Shown: positions 44,832 through 55,192 of the stretch, in pieces
Position numbering within the stretch: position 1 is the first letter of the stretch
Layout: each line of letters starts with the position of its first letter
Origin: Vicinamibacterales bacterium
GTDB lineage: Bacteria; Acidobacteriota; Vicinamibacteria; Vicinamibacterales; UBA2999
DNA: 64,000 nt
Assembly (NCBI GenBank): GCA_965249205.1
Contig: CBDFLL010000005.1
Span: 1,027,045-1,091,044 of the forward strand
Direction of reading: 5' to 3'
The notes under the pieces: model-generated
Database searches by the model: none
Told to the model about the DNA's origin: nothing
What the model saw: the letters and a program-made list of their open reading frames with translations, nothing else
Translations under genes and position numbers: made by a program

Positions 44832-47750
44832 ATGACGCTATCCGCGAGCTCCGCCGCTGACCGGCACACTGAGGCGCACGCGATCGACACCGAGGCGCTC
44901 CGCAAGGAGTTGTATCAACGCATCGAAGGCGAGGTCCGTTTCGACACGATCTCGCGTGGTCTCTACTCCACCGACGCAAGCGTGTACCAGATCAAGCCGC
45001 TCGGCGTCGTGGTACCGCGGTCACGTGAGGATGTGATCCAGCTCGTCCAGATCTGCGCGAAGTATCGGTGCCCGTTGACGATGCGCGGCGGTGGCACCTC
45101 ACAGGCTGGGCAGGCGATCGGTGGGGGCCTGATCGCTGATACCTCGAAGTTCCTTCACCGCATCCTTCAGCTGAATGCCGAGGAGGGCTGGGTACGCGTT
45201 GAGCCGGGCGTCGTGCTCGACGAGTTGAATGCGCACCTGCGTCCGCACGGCGTCCGCTTCGCGCCCGATATCTCGACGGCCAGCCGCGCCACGATCGGCG
45301 GCATGATGGCGAACAACTCGAGTGGTGCGCGCTCCGTGCTGTACGGCAAAACGATCGATCACGTGCTCAGGCAGGAGGTCGTACTGTCGGACGGCTCGGT
45401 CGCTGAGTTCGGACCGCTCTCTCCGACCGATCTGGAGGCCGCCAGCACCGGTTCGAGCCTGGCTGCCGAGTGCTACCGCGTCGTTCGCGACATCGCCGAG
45501 ACGCACGCTGGAGAAATCGATCGACGCTTCCCGAAGGTCGTCCGACGGGTGGGTGGATACAGCCTCGACGAATTCGTGCGCCCGGGACAACCCTTCGACA
45601 TGACGAAGCTGATGGTCGGGTCTGAAGGCACGCTCGGAGTCGTACTCAACGCCACGCTCAACCTCGTGCCGCTGCCGAAGGCCAAGGCGGTGATGGCGAT
45701 CCAGTTCGGCGATCTGCTTGAATCACTCGCCGCCACGCCGGTGATCCTGAAGCATGGCCCGTCGGCGATCGAGGTTATGGACAGATTCATCCTTGGCCAC
45801 ACGCGTCAAAGCGCTGAACTCGACGCCCTCCGGAGAGGATTCATCGACGGCGAGCCCGGCGCGCTGCTGTGCGTCGAGTTCTACGGGGATCGAGAAGAGG
45901 ACCTGCCGCCTCGGCTGGACGCGGTTGAGCGCGAGCTGCGTCAGCGGAAACTCGGGTACCGCTACCATCGCGAGCTCGATCTGCCCGGACAGGCACGCGT
46001 CTGGCGCCTCCGTGAAGCGGCACTCGGTCTGTCGATGGCGATGAAGTCTGACGCGAAATCGCTGTCTTTCGTCGAGGACACCGCGGTGGCGCCGGAGAAG
46101 CTTCACGACTACATCGCGAGATTCTTGGCAATTGTCGAGCGGCACGGAACCTCCGCCGGGGTGTACGCGCACGCGTCGGTCGGATGCCTGCACGTGCGAC
46201 CGGTGGTCAACATGAAGACAGACGCTGGCGTCCGCCTGTTTGAATCGATCGCGACCGAGGTCGCCGACCTTGTCCTCGAGTTCGGGGGCGCGCTGTCGGG
46301 TGAGCATGGAGACGGCCTGGTTCGCAGCCCGTTTATGCGCAAAATGTACGGGGCGACGTTGTACGACGCCTTTCGCACGATCAAGCGCACGTTCGACCCG
46401 CACGGCATCTTCAACCCAGGCAAGATCGTGGACGCTCCTCCACTCACCGAGAACCTCCGTTACGGCGCGGGCTATCTCACGCCCGATCCCGCGACGCACT
46501 TCGATTACTCGGAGTTTGGTGGCTTCGGCGGTGCCGTCGAGATGTGTAGCGGACTCGGGGCATGCCGCAAGAAGCTCTCCGGCACGATGTGCCCGTCGTA
46601 CATGGCCACACTCGAGGAGACACACTCGACCCGTGGACGCGCGAACGTGTTGCGCATGGCGATGGCGGGACGCCTGGGCGAGTCTGGCCTCGGCGTCCAG
46701 GGCGTATACGAGACGCTCGACCTCTGCCTCGAGTGCCGAGCCTGCAAAACCGAGTGCCCCGTAGGCGTCGACATGGCCCGGTTCAAGAGCGAGTTCCTGG
46801 CCGACCACTGGGCTCGGCACGGCACCGCACTTGACGCGCGCCTACTCGGGAGTGTCCGTACGGTTGCGACCTGGGGCAGCCGCCTTGCGCCGGTATCGAA
46901 CTGGCTGGCCGACGCCGCGCCCGTGCGGTATCTGAACGAGCGTCTCCTCGGCATCGATCGCCGTCGGACGCTGCCCAGATTCGAGCGTCGTACGCTCGCA
47001 CAGCGCGCACCAGCGGCCGATGACCAGTGCGAGGCCGTGCTGTTCAACGACACCTTCACCAACTACTACGACCCCGTCATCGGCACTGCGGCGCTCGATG
47101 TCATGGCCGCCGCCGGGATTCGGGCGGGACTGGCACAGCACGGATGCTGCGGCAGACCGCAGATCTCCAAGGGTCTCCTTGGCGAAGCGGCACGGCTCGC
47201 GGCACGTAACACCGAGGCGCTCTATCCTCACGCCGCCGCAGGCAGGCCGATCGTGTTCTGTGAGCCTAGCTGCCTGTCGGCGATACGGGAAGACTGTCCG
47301 GCTCTCCTGAGGGGCGAAAGCCGGGAACGCGCGGAGGCCGTCGCGAAAGCCGCGGTCCTCTTCGAGGAGTTCGCCCAGACGCTGCTCCCGCGTCTCACCC
47401 TCGCGCAGGGCCCGCCGAACATCCTGCTCCACGGGCACTGCCACCAGAAGTCGATGGGGCTGGTGCCCCCGGCGAAATCGCTGCTTTCGAAGATCCCTGG
47501 GGCGTCTGTGACCGAACTAGACTCAGGCTGCTGCGGCATGGCCGGGTCTTGGGGATACGCGCGGGACCACTTCGAGGTGTCACGTGCGATCGGCGAGAGG
47601 ATGCTCTTCCCGGCCGTCCGAGCGCGGACACCCGGCACGGTGGTGGCGGCCGCCGGCACGTCGTGCCGACATCAGATCCATGACTTCACCGGCGCCGACG
47701 CCGTCCACCCGGCCGTGCTGCTCCAATCGCTCCTGGTCCGGGGCGACTAA
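44832..47750 (+). CDS. FAD-linked oxidase fused to a 4Fe-4S / cysteine-rich (CCG) domain (GlcD-GlcF-like D-2-hydroxyacid dehydrogenase)
   Basis: N-terminal FAD-binding PCMH domain (VVPRSREDVIQLVQICAKYRCPLTMRGGGTSQAGQA). Middle FAD-oxidase C domain. C-terminal CxxCxxCxxxCP ferredoxin motifs (CLECRACKTECPVGVD) and two CCG-type cysteine clusters. Confidence 0.8.
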   Translation: MTLSASSAADRHTEAHAIDTEALRKELYQRIEGEVRFDTISRGLYSTDASVYQIKPLGVVVPRSREDVIQLVQICAKYRCPLTMRGGGTSQAGQAIGGGLIADTSKFLHRILQLNAEEGWVRVEPGVVLDELNAHLRPHGVRFAPDISTASRATIGGMMANNSSGARSVLYGKTIDHVLRQEVVLSDGSVAEFGPLSPTDLEAASTGSSLAAECYRVVRDIAETHAGEIDRRFPKVVRRVGGYSLDEFVRPGQPFDMTKLMVGSEGTLGVVLNATLNLVPLPKAKAVMAIQFGDLLESLAATPVILKHGPSAIEVMDRFILGHTRQSAELDALRRGFIDGEPGALLCVEFYGDREEDLPPRLDAVERELRQRKLGYRYHRELDLPGQARVWRLREAALGLSMAMKSDAKSLSFVEDTAVAPEKLHDYIARFLAIVERHGTSAGVYAHASVGCLHVRPVVNMKTDAGVRLFESIATEVADLVLEFGGALSGEHGDGLVRSPFMRKMYGATLYDAFRTIKRTFDPHGIFNPGKIVDAPPLTENLRYGAGYLTPDPATHFDYSEFGGFGGAVEMCSGLGACRKKLSGTMCPSYMATLEETHSTRGRANVLRMAMAGRLGESGLGVQGVYETLDLCLECRACKTECPVGVDMARFKSEFLADHWARHGTALDARLLGSVRTVATWGSRLAPVSNWLADAAPVRYLNERLLGIDRRRTLPRFERRTLAQRAPAADDQCEAVLFNDTFTNYYDPVIGTAALDVMAAAGIRAGLAQHGCCGRPQISKGLLGEAARLAARNTEALYPHAAAGRPIVFCEPSCLSAIREDCPALLRGESRERAEAVAKAAVLFEEFAQTLLPRLTLAQGPPNILLHGHCHQKSMGLVPPAKSLLSKIPGASVTELDSGCCGMAGSWGYARDHFEVSRAIGERMLFPAVRARTPGTVVAAAGTSCRHQIHDFTGADAVHPAVLLQSLLVRGD

Positions 47751-47759
47751 AGCGCTTTT

Positions 47760-48025
47760 TATGACCGTGTGGCGTTCGAGTAGCAGCAATGCCAAAAATG
47801 GTTACGGCATTCGGCGGGACCGAAGCGTTGCAGTAGTGCGTGCAGAAGTACCATGACTCGCCCAGTCAGTACAGGGGCTCTTTGAAAAGCGCTCTAGCGC
47901 GGATTTCATGAGCGGGTAGCCCCCCCGCAGCCCAACGCCGGCATGGTTTCGGCACTCGGTCGAGTGCAGCGTCAGGAGTACCACGCCCGCGCACTACGTA
48001 CAAGTGAAATCCGCGTTGGACCTGA
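47760..48025. repeat. Intergenic tandem pair of ~120-bp repeat units downstream of the oxidase gene
   Basis: Unit A ~47763-47890 and unit B ~47895-48022 share blocks such as (a)gtacca(t/c)g(a/c)c(t/c)cgc(c/g)c(a/a)(g/c)t(c/a)(a/c)gtaca(g/a)g. Unit B is bounded by the inverted pair CGCGGATTTCA / TGAAATCCGCG. The 20-mer TAGCGCGGATTTCATGAGCG recurs at 61501. Confidence 0.5.
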
Positions 48026-48051
48026 CCGCAGCCGAGCGCGTCTCCCCTCAC

Positions 48052-48606
48052 CTACCGGCCGCTGAGATCGGCCGACCCGTTCACGCGCGTCTTGAAGCGC
48101 CAACCCTGCGGGGTCTTGACCAGCGTGTCTGTGTACTGGCTGACACGTGTGATGACGGCTGGGCTCTGGGCGACGTCGACAAACAGATTCAGAACAATGC
48201 CGCTGGCCCCCTCAGCGGTGGCTGTAATCAAGGGTGTCAGCGGGGCGTGCCGCACAGTTGATGAAGAGCGGCCCCTGACGAAATCGAGCAACGCTTGGCG
48301 GCCCACACGATTGCCAAACGATCCGTCCTCCGTGAACAGGTTCGCGTAGACCTCCGCGTCGCCGCTGTCGAGCGCCACGGGGTACCGGAAGTACAGCTGC
48401 AAAATTTCTGCGTAGTCGTTTCCCGTGAGTGCGGGGACGCTGGTCTGGGCGAGGGCCGGACACGCCAGCCCGACGACAAGGACAATGACTGCGATGAAAC
48501 GGCCGCGGCCTCGCAGGCCGGCCACACAGGGAAACAGGCGATCTGGATGCATATGGTTACTCGTCGCGGACCAGTGACCAACCCGCATGGAGGCGGCCTG
48601 CCGCAT
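48052..48606 (-). CDS. Secreted SnoaL-like/NTF2-fold protein (start uncertain)
   Basis: Signal-like hydrophobic segment (FIAVIVLVVGLACPALA) followed by YFRYPVALDSGDAEVYANLFTEDGSF, typical of NTF2-like domains. Confidence 0.45.
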   Translation of the reverse strand: MRQAASMRVGHWSATSNHMHPDRLFPCVAGLRGRGRFIAVIVLVVGLACPALAQTSVPALTGNDYAEILQLYFRYPVALDSGDAEVYANLFTEDGSFGNRVGRQALLDFVRGRSSSTVRHAPLTPLITATAEGASGIVLNLFVDVAQSPAVITRVSQYTDTLVKTPQGWRFKTRVNGSADLSGR

Positions 48607-48669
48607 GTGACCGCGAAATTGCGGCGTCGAATTGTGCCACGCTATGCGGCGGACGGCGCAGAGTCTTCA

Positions 48670-49782
48670 CTACGCAACATCGCGATGCTCGCGATAGCCC
48701 CTGGCGGCGATCGGCCAGACACCGACAACACGATCGCCATCGAGCACATAAAACACATCGTGCAGATTGATGGTCGGGTCGATGTGCGACGGCTGGAAAT
48801 AGACGCGATCACCCACGCTCAGGCCGCAATCCGGCGGAACCGTGATGGTCGCATGCTCGTCATTGAGGGCGACGACCTCGGCGCCAACAACATCTTTCGC
48901 CACCGGGTAGCCATGATCCTTCGTCATCGACTTGTGCCCGCAGTCGGTGACGCACCGTCCTGGCTCTGGGCGACTGATGACGGTGCCCAATACCCACAAG
49001 GCTTGCTCGAACGGGAGATCGAGCCGCCCGTAATCGCTGTCCATCAGCACGTACGAGCCCGCCTGGATCTCAGTGACGCCGTCGACGCGACCGCTGATGT
49101 CGTACGTGCCTGTGCCACCCGCCGACACCGTATCGCACGGAAGGCCGTCGGCCCGAAACAGATTCGCCGTGTTCACAAGACGTGCCATCGCCTGGCGCGT
49201 GCGCTCTTCGCGCTCTGCACGTTCAGCAAGACCAACCAGGTGGCCTTCGTACCCCATCACACCGCGCAAGGTCAGGCCCGTGGCAGCGACGATGTGCCGG
49301 CCCAAGCTCACGGCGGCACTCCCCGGCGCAACGCCGCATCGCGCCATCCCGACATCCAGGTCGACAAGCACACCAACAGTGACCGCTGCACGGCATGCCG
49401 CATCGCCAACCCGCTCCAGCCCGGCCGACGAATCAACCGCTACCGTCACGGGTACGCGACGCGCGAGCTCGGCCACGCGTTCGCACTTGCCCGCTCCAAC
49501 GGGCTCGTTGGCGATCAAAATGTCGCCGGACACCTCAGCGAGTAGATCGGCCAACGCAGATGCCGCCACCTCCGCCTCTGACACCGTCGCGCACGTCAGG
49601 CCCGTGCATGACCCTGCCGCGAGCTGACGTCTCGCGATCTCGGGCGTCTTGTGGGCCTTGAAATGCGGGCGCAGCCGACAGGGCCCAGCGGAAAACACAC
49701 TCGCCATCCGTTCGATATTTCGCTCCATCGTGGCAACATCGATCACCAGCGCCGGCGTCGGAATCCCACGAACATCGTGGAC
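48670..49782 (-). CDS. Alanine-racemase-fold PLP enzyme, D-serine deaminase/D-threonine aldolase-like (probable GTG start)
   Basis: PALVIDVATMERNIERM...RPHFKAHKTPEIARRQLAAG is the N-terminal TIM-barrel with the PLP lysine. The C-terminal beta domain is present. The Arg-rich listed N-terminus is probably untranslated. Confidence 0.65.
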   Translation of the reverse strand, partial: VHDVRGIPTPALVIDVATMERNIERMASVFSAGPCRLRPHFKAHKTPEIARRQLAAGSCTGLTCATVSEAEVAASALADLLAEVSGDILIANEPVGAGKCERVAELARRVPVTVAVDSSAGLERVGDAACRAAVTVGVLVDLDVGMARCGVAPGSAAVSLGRHIVAATGLTLRGVMGYEGHLVGLAERAEREERTRQAMARLVNTANLFRADGLPCDTVSAGGTGTYDISGRVDGVTEIQAGSYVLMDSDYGRLDLPFEQALWVLGTVISRPEPGRCVTDCGHKSMTKDHGYPVAKDVVGAEVVALNDEHATITVPPDCGLSVGDRVYFQPSHIDPTINLHDVFYVLDGDRVVGVWPIAARGYREHRDVA

Positions 49783-49828
49783 ACCACGTTCGAAGGCCGG
49801 CCTCGCCTCCCCACGGAATCGAGGCGGT

Positions 49829-51226
49829 TCAGACACCGGACTCGTCTTCTCCTCGGCGAGAAGGGGTGATGCCGAATCCGCGCATCTTACGGTAGAGGTT
49901 GCTGCGCTCGATACCCAGCAGGTCTGCTGTGCGTGAGATGTTGCCGTGCTGCGCGGCCAATGCGCGCCGAATGTACCCAGCCTCGAACCGGTCCCGCGCC
50001 TCGTGCAGCGTCTTCGCCGCGACCGTCTCGGCCCCTTCTGCCGGCGCGCCATCACCGGGAGTGAGGCCTCGATCGAGAAACGAGAGATCGCGCGACGAGA
50101 TCCGCTCGCCGGGCACCATGATCATCAGACGCTCGACCACATTGTGCAGTTCACGTACATTACCGGGCCACTCGTACTGACGAAGGGCAACGATGGCATC
50201 CGACTCAAATGTCTTGGCACGCCGCCCGTACTCACGCGCAAGCATCGCCATGAAATGGTTCGCGAGCAACGGAATGTCCTCCTGCCGATCGCGCAACGGT
50301 GGCACGAGAATCGGGACCACATTCAAACGAAAGTACAAATCTTCTCGAAACCTGCCCGCCCGGATCTCCGCCGGCAGATCCTTGTTTGTGGCAGCGAGTA
50401 CGCGCGCATCTACGCGGATTCGGGACGACCCACCCACCGCCTCCATAACCTGCTCCTGCAGTACGCGAAGCACTTTGGCCTGCGTTTTCAGGCTCATGTC
50501 CGCGATCTCGTCAAGGAAGATCGTGCCGCCGTGGGCGGCCTCGAACTTGCCTCGGCGGTCGGAAACCGCGCCGGTAAACGCGCCGCGCACGTGTCCGAAG
50601 AGTTCACTCTCAATCAGCTCTTCAGGTATCGCCGCGCAGTTGACCTCGACGAACGGGGCTGCGCGCCGCTGGCTCGACTGGTGGATGTTCCGAGCGACCA
50701 ACTCCTTACCGGTGCCGTTCTCTCCGATAATGAGTACCCGGCCGTTGGTGGGTGCCGCCATATCCACCTGCTCCTTCAGCTTCGTCATGGCGTAGCTGTC
50801 GCCAACCATCAACGTGCTGCGCGCGTCCACTTTCGCCCGCAGGACGCGGTTCTCTACCTCGAGCCGCCGCTGGCGAAAGGCATTGCGAACAACGAGCGTG
50901 GTCTTCTCCAGCGAAAGCGGTTTCTCGACGAAATCGAACGCACCCATCTTGATGGCGCGCACCGCGGACTCGATACTGCCGTGCCCGGAAATGATCACCA
51001 CCTGCACGTCGATCTGGCGTTCGCGCATGCGCGCCAGCGTCGCGAGGCCGTCCATGCCAGGCAGCCAGATGTCGAGCAGCACGACGTCGTACGCCTGGCG
51101 AGCCAGACATTCAAGGCAGGCCTCGCCACTCTCGACCGCGTCCACCTCGTAGCCCTCGTCCCGCAACACGCCACCAAGCGCACTGCGCACGCCCGGCTCG
51201 TCGTCAACGATCAGAATCGAAGGCAT
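49829..51226 (-). CDS. Sigma-54-dependent response regulator (NtrC/NtrX family): REC, AAA+ and Fis-type HTH
   Basis: ILIVDDEPGVRSALGGVL...DVVLLDIWLPGMDG (REC). GENGTGKELVARNIH ... GAFTGA ... ESELFGH (sigma-54 AAA+). C-terminal ISRTADLLGIERSNLYRKM HTH. Confidence 0.9.
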   Translation of the reverse strand: MPSILIVDDEPGVRSALGGVLRDEGYEVDAVESGEACLECLARQAYDVVLLDIWLPGMDGLATLARMRERQIDVQVVIISGHGSIESAVRAIKMGAFDFVEKPLSLEKTTLVVRNAFRQRRLEVENRVLRAKVDARSTLMVGDSYAMTKLKEQVDMAAPTNGRVLIIGENGTGKELVARNIHQSSQRRAAPFVEVNCAAIPEELIESELFGHVRGAFTGAVSDRRGKFEAAHGGTIFLDEIADMSLKTQAKVLRVLQEQVMEAVGGSSRIRVDARVLAATNKDLPAEIRAGRFREDLYFRLNVVPILVPPLRDRQEDIPLLANHFMAMLAREYGRRAKTFESDAIVALRQYEWPGNVRELHNVVERLMIMVPGERISSRDLSFLDRGLTPGDGAPAEGAETVAAKTLHEARDRFEAGYIRRALAAQHGNISRTADLLGIERSNLYRKMRGFGITPSRRGEDESGV

Positions 51227-51232
51227 GGGGTC

Positions 51233-53533
51233 TTAACAAGGAAGTTCGATCACGAACCGCGTCCCATGCGGCACGTTCTCTGTGACAGTAACACTCCCAC
51301 CATGCTCCGTCACGATGCGGCGCACGATCGCGAGGCCGAGTCCGCTCCCACGCTGCTTGGTCGAATAGTGCGGCAGGAAGAGCTTCTCTCGCTCTGCCGG
51401 CGGAATACCGGGACCGTTGTCGGCCACCACGATGCGAATGGCATTCTCCGCCGGCACATGGTCAGTCTCGATGTCGATGACCCCACGCTGCGCCATCGCC
51501 TCGACGGCATTGTCGATGAGGTTGATCAGCACGCGACGAATCTGCTCGGGATCGATCGACACCTGCGGGAGCGCCGCCGCGAATCGGGGACGCAGATCAA
51601 CAGCCGTGAAGATGCCACGGTAGAGGGCAAAGACGTCGGTCAGGAGCGCGTGAATATCAGTCGGCACAGCCCGCGGTGACGGCATGCGAGCAAACTGCGA
51701 AAACTCATCAACCAGACCTTTCAGCGACTCCACTTCTCCGACGATGGTCGTGGCGCACTCATCGACAAGCGCTTGTGTCGGTGCCGGGGCGCCGGCGAAA
51801 TGCCGTTGCATCCGCTCAGCGCTCAGCTGAATCGGCGTCAGCGGATTCTTGATCTCATGGGCCAGGCGGCGCGCCACTTCCCGCCACGCCGCAACCCGCT
51901 GTGCGCGAATCAGGGGCGTCACGTCTTCCAGAACGAGTACCACGCCGTCCGAGACTCCGTCCTCTCGTCGCAACGGCGTTGTCATGACCGCCAGATGTAT
52001 GTCGCGGCCGTCTCGCGTGATCGACACGTCCTGCGGCAGAGCCGCGTCACCGCCCCGAGACGCCTCGTCCATCACAGTCGCCAGCGGCCTCAGTTCTGGC
52101 GAGCCGAACACTGTGGAGGCTGGCTGGCCCGCGGCACGGTCGCCCAGACCGAGCAACCTCGACGCGGCAGCGTTCATCGTCCGAATGTTGCCGGCGGTGT
52201 CCACGGACACGACACCCGTGGCAATGCGCTGCAAGATCGTCTCGACGTACCGCCGCCGCCCCTCAACGTCGAGGTGCTTCTGCTCAAGGTCGATCGCGGA
52301 CCGTTCGAGACGCCGACGACTTGCCGACAGGTCGGAGGCCATGCGGTTGAACGCCTCAATGAGCGACCCGAACTCGTCACGCGTCTCGGCTTCCACATGG
52401 TGGTCAAAATGCCCCGCGCCGATCTCGTTCGCCGCGACCGCCAACATCTGAACCGGCCGGGTGATCCGCTTGGCGAGATACAACCCCATCCACGTCGAAC
52501 CCACGAGAATCATGAGCGTCAGCATGAAGAAGAATGACAGATACACGCCGGCGAGCGGCCGTTGGAGCACCCGTAGTTGCTGGTAGTCTTCGTACGCCTC
52601 GGTCATGCGGCGGGCACGCGCCGCGAACTGCCCCGTCACGTATTCGCTGGCGATCACGACTCCCACCAGCGGCCCTCCTGGAGATGCGCGAATCGGCACG
52701 GCGCTGCGGATCAGGTCGCCGCCATCAGCCAAGCGCTCGACCACGGGGGCCGTGACCTCGCCAGCCGCCGCGCCGGCCGCGAGCCGAGCTGCCGAACCGC
52801 CCGCCACCGGGCTCGGCAGCGACGCGCCGCCGACGCCGACAACCGGAACGAGCACCGGAGCGTTCAACGTACCGACCGGCTCAGCTCGATACACCTCGAC
52901 CAGACTGACGCGTTCTTGGAGCACGTCGGGCTCGACAATGGCTCTCACCGCCGTCTCCGACGATGCAGAGATGTCGATGGCGGCGAGCGCTCGGGCCAGT
53001 TGCCCCGCCTGCGCCGCGACCAGGCGCTGCCGCTCCTCGTAGTGGTCGCCGGCGATGGCGTTGGCCGAGGAGAGGACGTCATCCATCGGCGCGTTGAACC
53101 AACGATCCACGCTGTTTCGAATAAGACCGCTGCCCACAAGCAGGACAAGCAGCGCTGGAATGATGGTCATCCCGAGCAGCACCGCTACGAGCTTGCCGCG
53201 GAAGTGCGCAAACGGCAGCCCGCGCCGCTTCTCGACAAGGAGCTTGACGATATTGCGCGCGAGCACGAATGCGAGTGCGACCAGAATCGTCAGATTCGTC
53301 GCGGACAAGGCGTAGAGAACAACCTCGGTCAGGAAATCTGGCGCGAGCGTGGCCGACCGACTCGCGAGCGCCAGCAGGCTCACCAGGGCGGCGATCAGGA
53401 CGCCGACCCCGATCAGGAGCAGAACCGTGTTATCTCGAATCGGTCGAAGTCGACCTGGCACGGAGTTGGGCCTCGGTGGCGGCGCCACCGGATTGTTCCG
53501 CGGAGGGGACTCACGGAGCGTGGTTGCCATTGT
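51233..53533 (-). CDS. Sensor histidine kinase (NtrY-like): multi-TM, HAMP, PAS, HisKA, HATPase_c
   Basis: N-terminal TM helices and HAMP. H-box LAHEIKNPLTPIQLSAERM and C-terminal N/G boxes (DNGPGIP...GSGLGLAIV). Adjacent to the NtrX-like regulator. Confidence 0.85.
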   Translation of the reverse strand, partial: TMATTLRESPPRNNPVAPPPRPNSVPGRLRPIRDNTVLLLIGVGVLIAALVSLLALASRSATLAPDFLTEVVLYALSATNLTILVALAFVLARNIVKLLVEKRRGLPFAHFRGKLVAVLLGMTIIPALLVLLVGSGLIRNSVDRWFNAPMDDVLSSANAIAGDHYEERQRLVAAQAGQLARALAAIDISASSETAVRAIVEPDVLQERVSLVEVYRAEPVGTLNAPVLVPVVGVGGASLPSPVAGGSAARLAAGAAAGEVTAPVVERLADGGDLIRSAVPIRASPGGPLVGVVIASEYVTGQFAARARRMTEAYEDYQQLRVLQRPLAGVYLSFFFMLTLMILVGSTWMGLYLAKRITRPVQMLAVAANEIGAGHFDHHVEAETRDEFGSLIEAFNRMASDLSASRRRLERSAIDLEQKHLDVEGRRRYVETILQRIATGVVSVDTAGNIRTMNAAASRLLGLGDRAAGQPASTVFGSPELRPLATVMDEASRGGDAALPQDVSITRDGRDIHLAVMTTPLRREDGVSDGVVLVLEDVTPLIRAQRVAAWREVARRLAHEIKNPLTPIQLSAERMQRHFAGAPAPTQALVDECATTIVGEVESLKGLVDEFSQFARMPSPRAVPTDIHALLTDVFALYRGIFTAVDLRPRFAAALPQVSIDPEQIRRVLINLIDNAVEAMAQRGVIDIETDHVPAENAIRIVVADNGPGIPPAEREKLFLPHYSTKQRGSGLGLAIVRRIVTEHGGSVTVTENVPHGTRFVIELPC

Positions 53534-53589
53534 TTCTCGACGGCCCATCGGCGTGCGACGGCGCCGATTCGATACCTCGACGCGCTCAG

Positions 53590-54048
53590 CTACTCCTTGA
53601 CGTTGAGCAAATCCGTCAACTCCGTCATGAATTCACCGATGTCGCGGAAATGACGGTAGACGGAGGCGAATCGTACGTAGGCGACCTTGTCGAGGCGCTT
53701 GAGTTCCTCCATGACGAGTGACCCAACCTCCTCGGTGCTCATCTCTTTCTCAGGGCGCTCCTGTACCGCGGCTTCGACTCGGTCGGCCACCGCTTCGACA
53801 GCCGATACGCTGACAGGGCGCTTCTCGCACGCCTTGAGCAAGCCGGCGATGAGCTTCTGCCGCTCGAAGCGCTCCCGCGTGCCGTCTTTCTTGATCACCA
53901 TATAGGGGATCTCATCGATCCGCTCGTAGCTGGTGAAACGCCGCCCACAGTCGAGACACTCGCGCCGACGACGAATAACTTCGCCTTCCTTGCTCTCCCG
54001 CGAGTCGACGACTTTGTCACCAAGCTCACCGCAGAATGGACACTTCAT
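53590..54048 (-). CDS. nrdR: Transcriptional repressor NrdR
   Basis: [46 protein letters not shown] is the zinc-ribbon plus ATP-cone of NrdR. Confidence 0.9.
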   Translation of the reverse strand: MKCPFCGELGDKVVDSRESKEGEVIRRRRECLDCGRRFTSYERIDEIPYMVIKKDGTRERFERQKLIAGLLKACEKRPVSVSAVEAVADRVEAAVQERPEKEMSTEEVGSLVMEELKRLDKVAYVRFASVYRHFRDIGEFMTELTDLLNVKE

Positions 54049-55079
54049 GGGCGTGACGGAGTTGCCTTCTCGGGCGTCGTTGAAGGGGACAGCGCTGGAA
54101 GCCGACGGAAACTCAGTCCGTCCTGCGCCAGAAAAATGGCGCCGGCCAGCACCACCGGGACGTAGGAAATGGCATGCGTGACGAGGGCCGCAGCGACTGC
54201 GGCGTCGTTGGCCGCCCCAAAGAACGTTGTCACGCCGATTCTGTACGCCTCGTGATAGCTACCGACGCCGCCAGGTGTAGGCACCGCCACCCCGACCGTC
54301 AGAAGTGCCTGGATCAGGAACGAGCCGGCAAAGGGCATGTAAATGCCGAAGGCCAGCGCCACCAGCCACGCCTCGCCCGCGATCACCACCCAGAGCAAGA
54401 AAGACCAGGACAGCGCGGCTGCGAGCGCCTGGGGCTCGCGCGCGACGGCAAAACCGGCGCTGAAGGTACGAGCGTACCCCGCCAAGCGGTCGGCGATCGC
54501 GTTTGGCAACATTCTGGCCGCGCTGAACACCAGGCGACCGATGCGCTCAGGATGCGTCGCCATCACCCAGGTGAGCGCAACGAGCATGACGGCTGCCAGA
54601 CCCGCCAAGGCCGCGGACACCTCAATACCCTGCCGCAGTGCCGCGGGAAGCCGTGATGGATCGGCGGTGCCCCAGACGTAGACCGCGAGCAGGACCAACA
54701 TGGCGATCAAATCAAGTACGCGTTCCATCACGATGGTCGCGAATGTCGCCGACGTGCTCAAACCTTCCTGCCTGGCCAGCAGATACGGGCGCAACAAGTC
54801 ACCGGCCCGAGCCGGCAGCACCCCCAGTGCCGCTGCACCGATGATCGTCGTGCGGAACGCGGTTCTAAAGCGGGTAGGTCCAATCGGCCTCAAGAGGTAC
54901 TGCCACCGATGGGCACGAATCACGTAGGTCACCACGACCAGCGCGAGGCCAACAACGAGCAGGTCGAGGCGCGCCGTGCGCACCTGCACCCACACGTCTG
55001 CCAAGTCGGCATGTTGGAGAAACCACGCCAGGAGAGCGACCGCCAGCACTGACACGAGAACCGTCCGTATTCGCACTCT
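54045..55079 (-). CDS. UPF0104/YbhN-family (lysylphosphatidylglycerol synthase TM region-like) membrane protein
   Basis: Multi-pass membrane protein with ...[15 protein letters not shown]...[29 protein letters not shown]... characteristic of the flippase-like YbhN family. Confidence 0.55.
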   Translation of the reverse strand, partial: RVRIRTVLVSVLAVALLAWFLQHADLADVWVQVRTARLDLLVVGLALVVVTYVIRAHRWQYLLRPIGPTRFRTAFRTTIIGAAALGVLPARAGDLLRPYLLARQEGLSTSATFATIVMERVLDLIAMLVLLAVYVWGTADPSRLPAALRQGIEVSAALAGLAAVMLVALTWVMATHPERIGRLVFSAARMLPNAIADRLAGYARTFSAGFAVAREPQALAAALSWSFLLWVVIAGEAWLVALAFGIYMPFAGSFLIQALLTVGVAVPTPGGVGSYHEAYRIGVTTFFGAANDAAVAAALVTHAISYVPVVLAGAIFLAQDGLSFRRLPALSPSTTPEKATPSRP

Positions 55080-55192
55080 GGACCCTTTACGCCTCGTTGC
55101 GCCGCCGGGGGCCTGACAAGAGGTAACACAATATATCAGGCCCTCATCCCACGCCGACGGGTAGTCTTGCGTACAGTTGCGGGCGAGGAGCC

